From: Nitrospirota bacterium | Lineage (GTDB): Bacteria > Nitrospirota > UBA9217 | DNA length: 64,000 bases | Direction: 5' to 3' | Assembly (NCBI GenBank): GCA_035516155.1 | Contig: DATJAP010000016.1 | Location: 72,426 to 136,425, forward strand | Part shown: piece by piece, positions 10,657 through 19,119 of the stretch | Numbering within the stretch: position 1 is the stretch's first letter | How the letters are laid out: the number at the start of each line of letters is the position of its first letter | Program-made: the position numbers and the translations under genes | The notes under the pieces: model-generated | Told to the model about the DNA's origin: nothing | Seen by the model: the letters and a program-made list of their open reading frames with translations, nothing else | Database searches by the model: none

Positions 10657-11199
10657 TATAATGAACATCCCCCAACGAAAAATGATTGTACAGGCATTTG
10701 TTTTGTATCAACCAATATTGATTGCTTCGCAATAAGCATTAAGTCCTTATTACGAACGATGTCCAAATACTTATTTCGTGAATACTGTCTTGAACCGTAT
10801 TATTTAGAATATAGCAAGGATTAAGAGGGAGTGTAGATAATGAATTGGGTTTTTTTTAGGTATCGCGTTCAATGAGAAAAAAGTAGCAGGTTTAAAAAAG
10901 ATTTTAATTTAAGAGGAACTATAAAATATGCACATCCGCGGCTTTTGAGAAGAGGAAGGATTCGTTATCATACATTGCCGACAGATCATTTAAGAAACAT
11001 GGGTTAAGGGGTGCAGCGGAATCATGGTACTTCCGCTCGGACGACAGTTAAAATTATCATGATGCCTTTTCAAGTCGCTCTGCCACCCAGACGTTGATAA
11101 TGGACTGGCGAGGGACCCCTATTTTTTAACTCATAAAGTTAAGCTGATGTCGTTAGCTTACCCATAAAATAACCCAGTCTGAACCATTTACAAGTTGCA

Positions 11200-12216
11200 C
11201 TAGAGCACAAGAATATCTCTGGATATTTTTTTTACATCTGCCGAACCGGTCAAGAGCATACTTTGGATGAGTTCATTCTTCATGGTATTCAGCAGCAGGG
11301 CGACTCCTTCACGCCCACTGCCGAACGCGCAGATCGCCAGCGGTCTTCCGATGAGAACCGCATCGGCGCCCAAAGCAAGCATTTTAAGAACGTCGGCGCC
11401 GCTCCGGACGCCTCCATCGGCAAAGATAAGAATTTTGCCGCGTACACGGTCAGCGATCCGGGGAAGGACTTCGGCAGTTCCGGGAGTGAAGTCCATAACG
11501 CGGCCGCCATGATTTGATACGACGATGGCAGCAGCTTTTGCTTCGACTGCCAGTTCCGCTTCCTCAGGAGTCATGATCCCTTTCAGGATAAACGGCAACT
11601 TAGTCGCAAGCACGACTTCTTTAACTTCTGCCAATGTTTTGGGGCTGACCGGCTGACCTTTTATCGCCATCGTGATGAGGCCGGCGCCGTCGATATCCAT
11701 GCCTACAGCCAGGACGCCGGCTGCTTCGGCGAGGCCAAGATACCTGATAATTTCCTCCTGAGACCTCGGTTTTATGATGGCAATTGTCTTACCCTTGTGC
11801 GCCGCGCCGGATTTCAAACCGCTCTCATACATTGCAGGGTCTGCCCCGTCTCCCGTCATGCTCAGTGTGCCCGCAAGCAATGAGCCAGATACGATCTCTT
11901 CGATGAACTCCTGCTCTGTTATTTTGCCGCCCATATTATAGGGGGTCCCGGTCATCGGTGCAGAAAGAACGGGAAGCGCGACCTTCTCACCCCAAAGCTC
12001 CAGCGACGTGTCAGGAGTTCTGACTGCATGAATGGTGCGCATATTTAGCCGATACTTTGCCAGAGCCTCAAGATTAGCCATAAACGAACTGCCCGTTCCC
12101 ACACCGCCCATTCCCGGCACTTCCCCGGCACAGGCGCGGCCGTCACAGACCGGACATACCCGACAATAGCCTTGCAGTTTTTCTCTAGCATTTTTCTTCA
12201 ATGTTTTTAAGTCCAT
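11200..12216 (-). CDS. FMN-dependent alpha-hydroxy-acid-oxidising enzyme family protein with N-terminal Cys cluster
   Basis: 338 aa. TIM-barrel FMN dehydrogenase motifs (...ILKGIMTPEEA..., VVSNHGGR, ADGGVRSGADVLKMLALGADAVLIGRP), preceded by CRVCPVCDGRAC. Confidence 0.8.
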   Translation of the reverse strand: MDLKTLKKNAREKLQGYCRVCPVCDGRACAGEVPGMGGVGTGSSFMANLEALAKYRLNMRTIHAVRTPDTSLELWGEKVALPVLSAPMTGTPYNMGGKITEQEFIEEIVSGSLLAGTLSMTGDGADPAMYESGLKSGAAHKGKTIAIIKPRSQEEIIRYLGLAEAAGVLAVGMDIDGAGLITMAIKGQPVSPKTLAEVKEVVLATKLPFILKGIMTPEEAELAVEAKAAAIVVSNHGGRVMDFTPGTAEVLPRIADRVRGKILIFADGGVRSGADVLKMLALGADAVLIGRPLAICAFGSGREGVALLLNTMKNELIQSMLLTGSADVKKISRDILVL

Positions 12217-12601
12217 ATGATGGTTCTCCTTTGCTCGCAGCTACAGACATCAAAAGTAACATCATTGCAATTACCCTTATCAGGTAACGAACGATCGAGT
12301 ATGTGGCCGCATGTGCTATAATAAAATTGATATTAGTATATCAAATGCGCATGTTCTTTTTTCGACAGAGGGAACTGAAAAACTGAACCGTCAATGAGTT
12401 AAGGTACCTGCTTACTATCCTGAAGACCCTTCGGGCGCATGCCCGCGTTTCCTTGGCATTAACGTATTAACAGTTTTCGTAATCCTGTATGCAGCAATAT
12501 GCTCTGTTGCCTCAAGGTGAAGAGAACCTGAAGGAGGGTCCCTTTTCGGCAAGGAGTCAATCGGACTGGAAAATGCCGTTTGTAACCAAAAGGAGGTTGC
12601 C

Positions 12602-14290
12602 ATGAATTCCATTGTCGTTCTCTTGCTTGGTTTTGCAGTAGCCATTGTCGGGTACCGATTCTACGCAAAATATATTGACGCAAAAATCGTCAAGTGTGAT
12701 TCCAAGAAAACAACGCCTGCGGTCATGTACATGGACGGCGTGGACTTCATGCCCACCAATAAAAACGTTCTCTTTGGCTATCAATTCAAATCCATTGCAG
12801 GAGCAGGCCCCATCGTGGGGCCGATCATCGCAATCCAATGGGGATGGCTTCCTGCCGTGCTCTGGATCCTGATTGGGACATTCTTCATCGGATGGGTGCA
12901 GGATTATTCGAGCGCAATGATCGCAATGCGGCACGAAGGCGCGTCCTTCGGGGGGTTGAGCTATAAGCTGATCTCTCCGCGCTCGAGGCTGGTACTCGTC
13001 TCCTTCATTTATTTCTACCTGCTCCTCATGGTGGGCGCCTTCGGCAACATCGTGGTCAGCACCGCCGTGGGACTGAAAGCATCTCCCTCGGCGTGGCTCG
13101 TCATGACCATTGCCGGCGTCTTGGCCGGTCAAATGATCTATCGATGGAAGAAGGACATCCTCCTGACCACCGTGGTCACGGTGGTTATCGCCCTGTGCGG
13201 CATCTGGTTTGGCACCATGGCTCCATCGGATAGACTCCTGGGCACGGACCTCTCGAACAGCCGCCTGCTGTGGGCACTCGCAGCTTTCGTGTTCTGTTAC
13301 TTCGCCTCGGTGCTGCCAATCTGGAGGTTTGCTCTCCCGATCAACTATGTCTCTTCGTATGTCATGTTTATCGGGTTGCTGTTCGGCATTGTCGGGATCT
13401 TCATTCTCCATCCCGACTTTACCCTGCCGGCGTATACCGGTTTTATGATCCCCATCGGACCGCTCTGGCCGATCATGTTCGTCACCATCGCCTGCGGTGC
13501 CGTATCCGGTTGGCATAGCATCGTGTCCAGCTCGGGAACGGCACGGCAGTTGGAAAGTGAGATGGACGTCCGCCCGGTTTGCGGCGGCGTCATGTTCGCC
13601 GAGATGGTGCTGGCGCTCTTTGCCCTGATTATCGCAGGCACAATATACGCCAGCCCCGCCGAATACGGCGCAGCGGTGTCCAAGGGGCCGGGAGCAGTGT
13701 TCGCCGCCGGCGTCGCGAAGTTCCTTGGTGCGGTCGGTCTCTCTCCTGCTCTCGGCAAATCCTACGGCAGCATGATGATGATCATCGTGGCAATCACACT
13801 CATGCAGCTCGTCGTCCGGTTCATGCGCGTGGCCACGGCAGAGCTACTGGGAGACATCAGCCCACTCTTCCGGAATATTCACGTCGGGACCGTTCTTGCC
13901 AGCTTAATGGGGATCGTTCTCGTGCTTACAGGCTGGTGGCAGTACCTCTGGGTCCTCTTCGGCGGTGCCAATCAGCTAATGGCCTCAGTGGCCCTGCTGC
14001 TGGTTTCGGTCTGGCTGACCTCGGAAGGAAAGAAAGCCGGTTGGGTGATCTATCCGATGATTTTCATGTTTATCACGACGATCACCGCTCTGCTCTATAC
14101 CTCCTACGACCTTCTGCATAAAGTATACACCGGTGCTGCAAAAGGAACCGAGGCAATGATCGGAAACACCATCATGGGATGTGCTGGGTTCTTCCTGGTC
14201 ATCACGGCGGTCATTCTGGCAATGGATGGTGTAAAGGCGCTTCGCAAATATCGGGTACTGAAGCTCCAGTCCACGGAGTCCCATGCGTAA
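12602..14290 (+). CDS. cstA: carbon starvation protein A family transporter
   Basis: 562 aa polytopic protein. N-terminus ...GYRFYAKYI... and FGYQFKSIAGAGPIVGPI are typical of CstA. AAAGGAGG lies 5 nt before the ATG. Confidence 0.9.
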   Translation: MNSIVVLLLGFAVAIVGYRFYAKYIDAKIVKCDSKKTTPAVMYMDGVDFMPTNKNVLFGYQFKSIAGAGPIVGPIIAIQWGWLPAVLWILIGTFFIGWVQDYSSAMIAMRHEGASFGGLSYKLISPRSRLVLVSFIYFYLLLMVGAFGNIVVSTAVGLKASPSAWLVMTIAGVLAGQMIYRWKKDILLTTVVTVVIALCGIWFGTMAPSDRLLGTDLSNSRLLWALAAFVFCYFASVLPIWRFALPINYVSSYVMFIGLLFGIVGIFILHPDFTLPAYTGFMIPIGPLWPIMFVTIACGAVSGWHSIVSSSGTARQLESEMDVRPVCGGVMFAEMVLALFALIIAGTIYASPAEYGAAVSKGPGAVFAAGVAKFLGAVGLSPALGKSYGSMMMIIVAITLMQLVVRFMRVATAELLGDISPLFRNIHVGTVLASLMGIVLVLTGWWQYLWVLFGGANQLMASVALLLVSVWLTSEGKKAGWVIYPMIFMFITTITALLYTSYDLLHKVYTGAAKGTEAMIGNTIMGCAGFFLVITAVILAMDGVKALRKYRVLKLQSTESHA

Positions 14291-14365
14291 GTACTCTGGA
14301 GGCGTCCTTGCCGCGTAATGCCTCACCGGGAGGCGGCATCCCGATTTGAGAGAGGAGGGAAGCGC

Positions 14366-14656
14366 ATGACGGAAAAAATAAAAGAACAAGATCTGGAAAA
14401 GAAAAAAAGCGGAATCCTCCAGGCAGTGAAGGAGTTTGTCTACGGCGCCGCTGCTCACGATTCCGCGAGGTATGCCCTGAAAACGCGGGCCAGCATGGAA
14501 CATCTGTTCATTCTTATCACGATGGGGGATATGCTGGGTGTGCCGATCCTTCCGCCGTACTATTCCCTGCGGCTACTGCCCTATGTCGTTCCTCAGATCT
14601 CGACGTGGAAGCGGAGGATGCTGCGTGAAAAGGATCTTATGGATGCTCTGGCCTGA
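14366..14656 (+). CDS. 96-aa hypothetical protein, CstA/ArsA-associated
   Basis: ORF 14318..14656. ATG 14366 lies behind GAGAGGAGGGAAGCGC. Charged N-terminal half, then a hydrophobic Pro-rich core HLFILITMGDMLGVPILPPYYSLRLLPYVVP and the basic tail WKRRMLREK. Confidence 0.6.
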   Translation: MTEKIKEQDLEKKKSGILQAVKEFVYGAAAHDSARYALKTRASMEHLFILITMGDMLGVPILPPYYSLRLLPYVVPQISTWKRRMLREKDLMDALA

Positions 14657-14726
14657 GAGGTGGCAATCGGGATGCGGGGATTGACGATTTACTCCGCGTG
14701 TGCCAAGGCTGAAGAACAAAGATACC

Positions 14727-15716
14727 ATGAACTCGATATCGCTCGCCAAAACCTTTGCGCAAAATCCGGACCGTCGGTACATTATGTTCGGCGGGAAAGG
14801 CGGACTTGGAAAGACTACCTTTTCGGCTGCAGCCGCCTATCACCTAGCGAAGAAGGGATTCCGCGTTCTGGTCTTCTCCGTAGACCCCCAGGCCTCACTC
14901 AGCGATATATTCGAAAAAGACATCTTCGGCAAGGGACCGACGGAAATCATGCCCAATCTCTTTGCCCAGGAAATCGATGCCGATCAACGGGTGAAGGCAT
15001 ACCAGCAGGAGATCCGCCAGAAGATCCTCGACATGTATGGAATGGACAAGATCCCAGACGAGATCGAGAGCTATCTCCAGGCCGCTGCAGCAGAGCCCGC
15101 GATGGAGGAAAGCGCCATCTTCGATGAAGTAGTCGAAATCGTCATCAAGAAAGACTATGACTACTATATCTACGACCTTGTCCCGCTTGGCCATGCACTA
15201 TACTATCTGAGCATGGCTTCGGTTTATGACGCCTGGATCAGCAAGATCACGCAACTCCGGGAGCAGATGCGGGAGTATGATCAAGTTGCTGCCGTGGTCC
15301 GGAGAGAGAAAGAATTGAGCGAGGACGCTATCCTAAACGAACTCCTCTATATCAAGGAACGGATCAATACATCTTCCAGCATCTTGACCGATAAGAAGAA
15401 AACGGCCTTCTACTTCGTCATTACTCCCGAGGAGATGGTCATCAAAGATACGATCAAGGCCGCGGAGCTCTTCACCAAATTCGATGTCCCCTTAAGCGGC
15501 TACATCATCAACCGCGTTCTCCCCCCCGAGTTAAGACAGCAGAACATTCCGGAGTATCTGAAAAACCGCATTGCGATGCAGGATCATTATATGAAAGTCA
15601 TTAGGGACACCTTCGGATCGCAGATCCTGACTTCCGTTCCCGAGATGGAACGGGACGTGACCGGCCTGCCCATGATCGAGAAAGTAGCCAGGGCAATGTT
15701 TGGTAATAGCGCCTAA
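14727..15716 (+). CDS. ArsA/Get3-family P-loop ATPase (half-size, degenerate switch II)
   Basis: ORF 14700..15716, ATG 14727. P-loop FGGKGGLGKTT and SVDPQASLSD. The switch II region reads YDLVPLGH instead of DTAPTGH. No Cys residues. Confidence 0.85.
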   Translation: MNSISLAKTFAQNPDRRYIMFGGKGGLGKTTFSAAAAYHLAKKGFRVLVFSVDPQASLSDIFEKDIFGKGPTEIMPNLFAQEIDADQRVKAYQQEIRQKILDMYGMDKIPDEIESYLQAAAAEPAMEESAIFDEVVEIVIKKDYDYYIYDLVPLGHALYYLSMASVYDAWISKITQLREQMREYDQVAAVVRREKELSEDAILNELLYIKERINTSSSILTDKKKTAFYFVITPEEMVIKDTIKAAELFTKFDVPLSGYIINRVLPPELRQQNIPEYLKNRIAMQDHYMKVIRDTFGSQILTSVPEMERDVTGLPMIEKVARAMFGNSA

Positions 15717-15738
15717 TTGAGGCACAGAAACGACGACT

Positions 15739-16722
15739 GTGTACACCATAGCGAACACTATGACCAAGTACCTGAAAGACCATCCCCGCATGAAGTACAT
15801 TTTCTTCGGGGGCAAGGGCGGGGTCGGCAAAACCGTCGCAGCCGGGGCCGCAGCTTTGTGGGCCGCCAAGCAGGGGAAAAAGGTCCTGCTTGCTTCAACC
15901 AACCCGGTACACAGTCTTTCCAACCTCCTGGAGCAGAACGTCTTCGGGAAGGCGACGCTCATTTCCGGCGAGAGGAACTGCTACGCGCTCGAGATCGATA
16001 CGCGGGACACCATCGAACGCTCGAAGCGGGATATCCGCGAAAAGATCAACTGGTTCCTGAAGTTCGCAGACATTACGACAAAGGCAGAGGATTTCATCGA
16101 GGCCGCCACCATGAACCCCGCCTTTGAAGAATCGGCCATGTTTGAGAATATGACCGACATCATCTTTCAGAATGAATATGAATTCTACGTCTTCGACACG
16201 GCACCGACGGCGAACGCCCGACGGCTTTTAGGGATGTCCAAGGTTTATTCCCTCTGGGTGGAAAAGATGCTGAAGAGCAGGGAAGAGGCAAAGTCCCTGA
16301 GACAACTACTCTCATTCTCCAAAGCGGAGGAGAAAGACCCGCTCTTGGATTACCTCCTGAAGTTCAAGGATCGGATCGCCCATGCAAAAGACATCCTTAC
16401 GGACAAGGAACTCACGGCCTTCTTTTTCGTGACCCTGCCGGAGAGTCTTCCCATTGCGGTGATCATGCGGTTTATCAACTGGTTCCACGAATTCGGCATT
16501 CCCGTAGGCGGTGTTGTCGTGAACGGCGTTATCCAGAAAGAGACCGTAGGCAAGGACACCGCGGAGTTCGTCCAGAACCGGATCAAGATGCAAGATGAAC
16601 ACATGGCTGAGATATGGAAAATTTTCGATGGCCAGGTAAGGGCAGTCGCTCCTCTTTTCGAAACCGAGGTTAAGGGCGTGAAAATGTTGAATCGCCTTAT
16701 GGACCACCTCTTTGTCCAGTGA
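15739..16722 (+). CDS. ArsA/Get3-family P-loop ATPase (half-size, canonical switch II)
   Basis: GTG 15739 or ATG 15760. P-loop FFGGKGGVGKTV, STNPVHSLSN and FDTAPTANARRLLGM. One Cys only. Confidence 0.85.
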   Translation: MYTIANTMTKYLKDHPRMKYIFFGGKGGVGKTVAAGAAALWAAKQGKKVLLASTNPVHSLSNLLEQNVFGKATLISGERNCYALEIDTRDTIERSKRDIREKINWFLKFADITTKAEDFIEAATMNPAFEESAMFENMTDIIFQNEYEFYVFDTAPTANARRLLGMSKVYSLWVEKMLKSREEAKSLRQLLSFSKAEEKDPLLDYLLKFKDRIAHAKDILTDKELTAFFFVTLPESLPIAVIMRFINWFHEFGIPVGGVVVNGVIQKETVGKDTAEFVQNRIKMQDEHMAEIWKIFDGQVRAVAPLFETEVKGVKMLNRLMDHLFVQ

Positions 16723-16925
16723 TGTCTCAGCTCAATCTGCTTCTGCTGATTCTTCTAGCCTATATAAGACCGCGAGGGAGGGCATCCTGAGTAGAAATAA
16801 TTGCCAGGGGCTGTAGCCGTGTGTCGGGCATTGAAACCGTTCGTGTACACGATAATTTGGTATGCGGTGGGGTAATCCCATTCCATAATACATGCCAAAA
16901 GTTGTAACCTAAGCCTTCGTGGATT

Positions 16926-17489
16926 TTATATGTGCATGCTCAGAAACTCATAAGAAAATTTCAAAAATATCTCTGTAAATTTTAGAATTTGCGACGACTC
17001 ATTTTCCTCAATCAATCTAATTTCATGAGTTGCTTCATTCCCTTTCGTACGATTACGATCAACCCACGCCTTCCCATTCGGGGGGATATATCCCGCATTA
17101 TCTAAATAATCAATGTACTCTATGAAAGACTTGCCGGCCTCGGCACCGTATTGGACGGCAAGATTCATAAGTATTTTTCTGCACAATAAAGTTGAAGCCG
17201 TATATGCACCGATAGAAGCACAGTCTCGTGCCTGGTTATAAAGCACGGAAACGCCGTTGTCTGTGATACCTGCGACATCATTACCTATACGTACGCTTGG
17301 CGTTTGTTTACCTCCATCAGCGAAATACGTTGGCTGGGCGCAATTTGGGCATATAAAAATGTATCTATAAGCCCCCGTATTCTTGTGACGTGCACCATAT
17401 CCCTGATTAGGTGCCACTTTGTTGCCGCAATAGCCGCACACATAAGACATGCTGCTATACACCCCAACGCCAATCCAATCCCATGACAT
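16926..17489 (-). CDS. zinc-ribbon plus DUF4145-like domain protein
   Basis: 187 aa. CGYCG...CPNC ribbon, then a helical C-terminal domain (LYNQARDCASIGAYTASTLLCRKILMNLAV...) resembling DUF4145. AT-rich surroundings. Confidence 0.55.
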   Translation of the reverse strand: MSWDWIGVGVYSSMSYVCGYCGNKVAPNQGYGARHKNTGAYRYIFICPNCAQPTYFADGGKQTPSVRIGNDVAGITDNGVSVLYNQARDCASIGAYTASTLLCRKILMNLAVQYGAEAGKSFIEYIDYLDNAGYIPPNGKAWVDRNRTKGNEATHEIRLIEENESSQILKFTEIFLKFSYEFLSMHI

Positions 17490-18474
17490 ACTCAGCCTCC
17501 TTTTGCCAATACCGGTTTACACCATTACTTACTAATCAAACTTTATTCATTCTCGCATTTCACGGGGACATCCCTAAGATACGCTGTTCTTGCATGAATA
17601 TGTTTCTCTGTCTTTCGGCTATCGGCATGACGCATTTAATTCCGAGCATCAGCACTGACAACGACTGCTGCACAGTTGTTCATTTATTATCAACGTTACC
17701 GTAACAAAAAAGACCTGCAGAGTCAAATAAAAAGGGAGCAGATAGTTAAAATTGGACTTCAACGGATGTTGCGAACCTGACGAGCGTGAAATGGATTGGG
17801 GCTGCGCAGTTGTTTTCCCGCGACATAGGAGTTTCCTTGTATTAGCAACAGTCAACACTTCGTGCCGAATTTATTAACGTCTTAAATAATCCCGTCGGTA
17901 TTGTTGATATCTTAATATCAGGCATATCTTTCTCTCTGAAATACTGAAGATAGCATGGCATGTTCATTGCTCAGCCGGACACCACCGTAAGTCCTACATT
18001 ATCCAGAGTGTTTTCAATAACGGATTTAAGGAACCGAAGATTTTCTGGTCCGCTACAAGGCGGAAATGGTCACTGGATATAGCGCTTCACCAATGACCTT
18101 AATCCTCAATGGGTGCATGGTGCAGTGAGGACTGACATCGCAAACACATGAAATTATGGCAATGGTCGGAATGATGGTAGTTTAAGCAAAACATCGGCGG
18201 GAAAAAGTAATTTTCTCGTCAGCTCCACGGACATTGCTACCTTGGTTGTATTTGAAACAATAAACATAAAAGTCTCGATCTCTTTATTTCTGCTAAAATA
18301 CGAGGTAGTAGTTTTAATAATGTGATAATGACTGAGGAAAATTTTCGATGTGAGATATTGTTGCCTTTATGATGAGATGTGTTCGAATCGCCAGTGTACA
18401 GTTGAAACTCGATGGCGATCGAGCTATTTTCGACGAAGCAGATACTATCCTCGTAAATCCATAACTATACTATT

Positions 18475-18963
18475 ATGAAAAGGAACTCTGTACTGGTTCT
18501 TAAAAACCTCACGTACACGCTATTTATACCGGGCACCGTAACGGTCCTCGTGCCATACAAGCTCTTAACCCGCAATTCCACAGTAATGCCGTCATCTTGG
18601 GGACCGCCACAAATCCTTGCTCTTGTATTATTATCGATGGGGATAGGCATCTTTACGCGTTGCATCTGGGATTTTATCCACACTGGCCGCGGGACGCCCT
18701 CTCCCTTTGAACCTCCGCGTAGCCTAGTGATTCAAGGGTTTTATAGGAATGTCAGAAATCCACTGTACCTTGGCTTACTTGCAGTGCTCTTGGGGGAGTC
18801 TGCTTTTTTCGAATCATGGTCACTGATACGGTATGCGGCTGGTTATTTTATCACTGTTCATTTGTTTGTTGTTTTTTATGAGGAACCTCACCTGGGCCAC
18901 CTGTTCGGCAAGCAATATGATAACTATCGGAAAAGCGTGAGAAGATGGATCCCGGGGAGATAA
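18475..18963 (+). CDS. isoprenylcysteine carboxyl / phospholipid methyltransferase-family membrane protein
   Basis: 162 aa and hydrophobic. GFYRNVRNPLYLGLLAVLLGE and EEPHLGHLFGKQYDNYRKSV match the ICMT/PEMT C-terminal motif. Confidence 0.65.
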   Translation: MKRNSVLVLKNLTYTLFIPGTVTVLVPYKLLTRNSTVMPSSWGPPQILALVLLSMGIGIFTRCIWDFIHTGRGTPSPFEPPRSLVIQGFYRNVRNPLYLGLLAVLLGESAFFESWSLIRYAAGYFITVHLFVVFYEEPHLGHLFGKQYDNYRKSVRRWIPGR

Positions 18964-19119
18964 AATTATTCGAGAGGCGTGGAAAAATCTCTTCACGCCC
19001 CCGAAGACCCGGACCTTGCCGTTCAGCAATGAAAGCAATGATCATCTCGGCAAGGATTAAGCTCGTCTTTGATAATCATTCATATGGTTCCCGAAGCCAA
19101 CCTTTTTTTCTGCCAATCC

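Noticed and set aside
11057-11125. 22-codon open frame ending ...GVPRQSIINVWVAERLEKAS*, reminiscent of the tail of a ribbon-helix-helix antitoxin
   Set aside because: It is too short, has no start codon and is preceded by a stop. The family assignment would rest on memory of a few residues only.
12440-12470. TGGCAT element resembling the -24 box of a sigma-54 promoter upstream of cstA
   Set aside because: The -12 TTGC element is missing at the required spacing (TGGCAT-TAACG-TATTA).
12557-13516. 319-aa ORF antisense to cstA
   Set aside because: It is highly biased (Asp/His/Arg/Gly/Pro-rich) with no recognisable motif. It lies entirely opposite a clear CstA homologue, which is typical of a GC-rich antisense frame.
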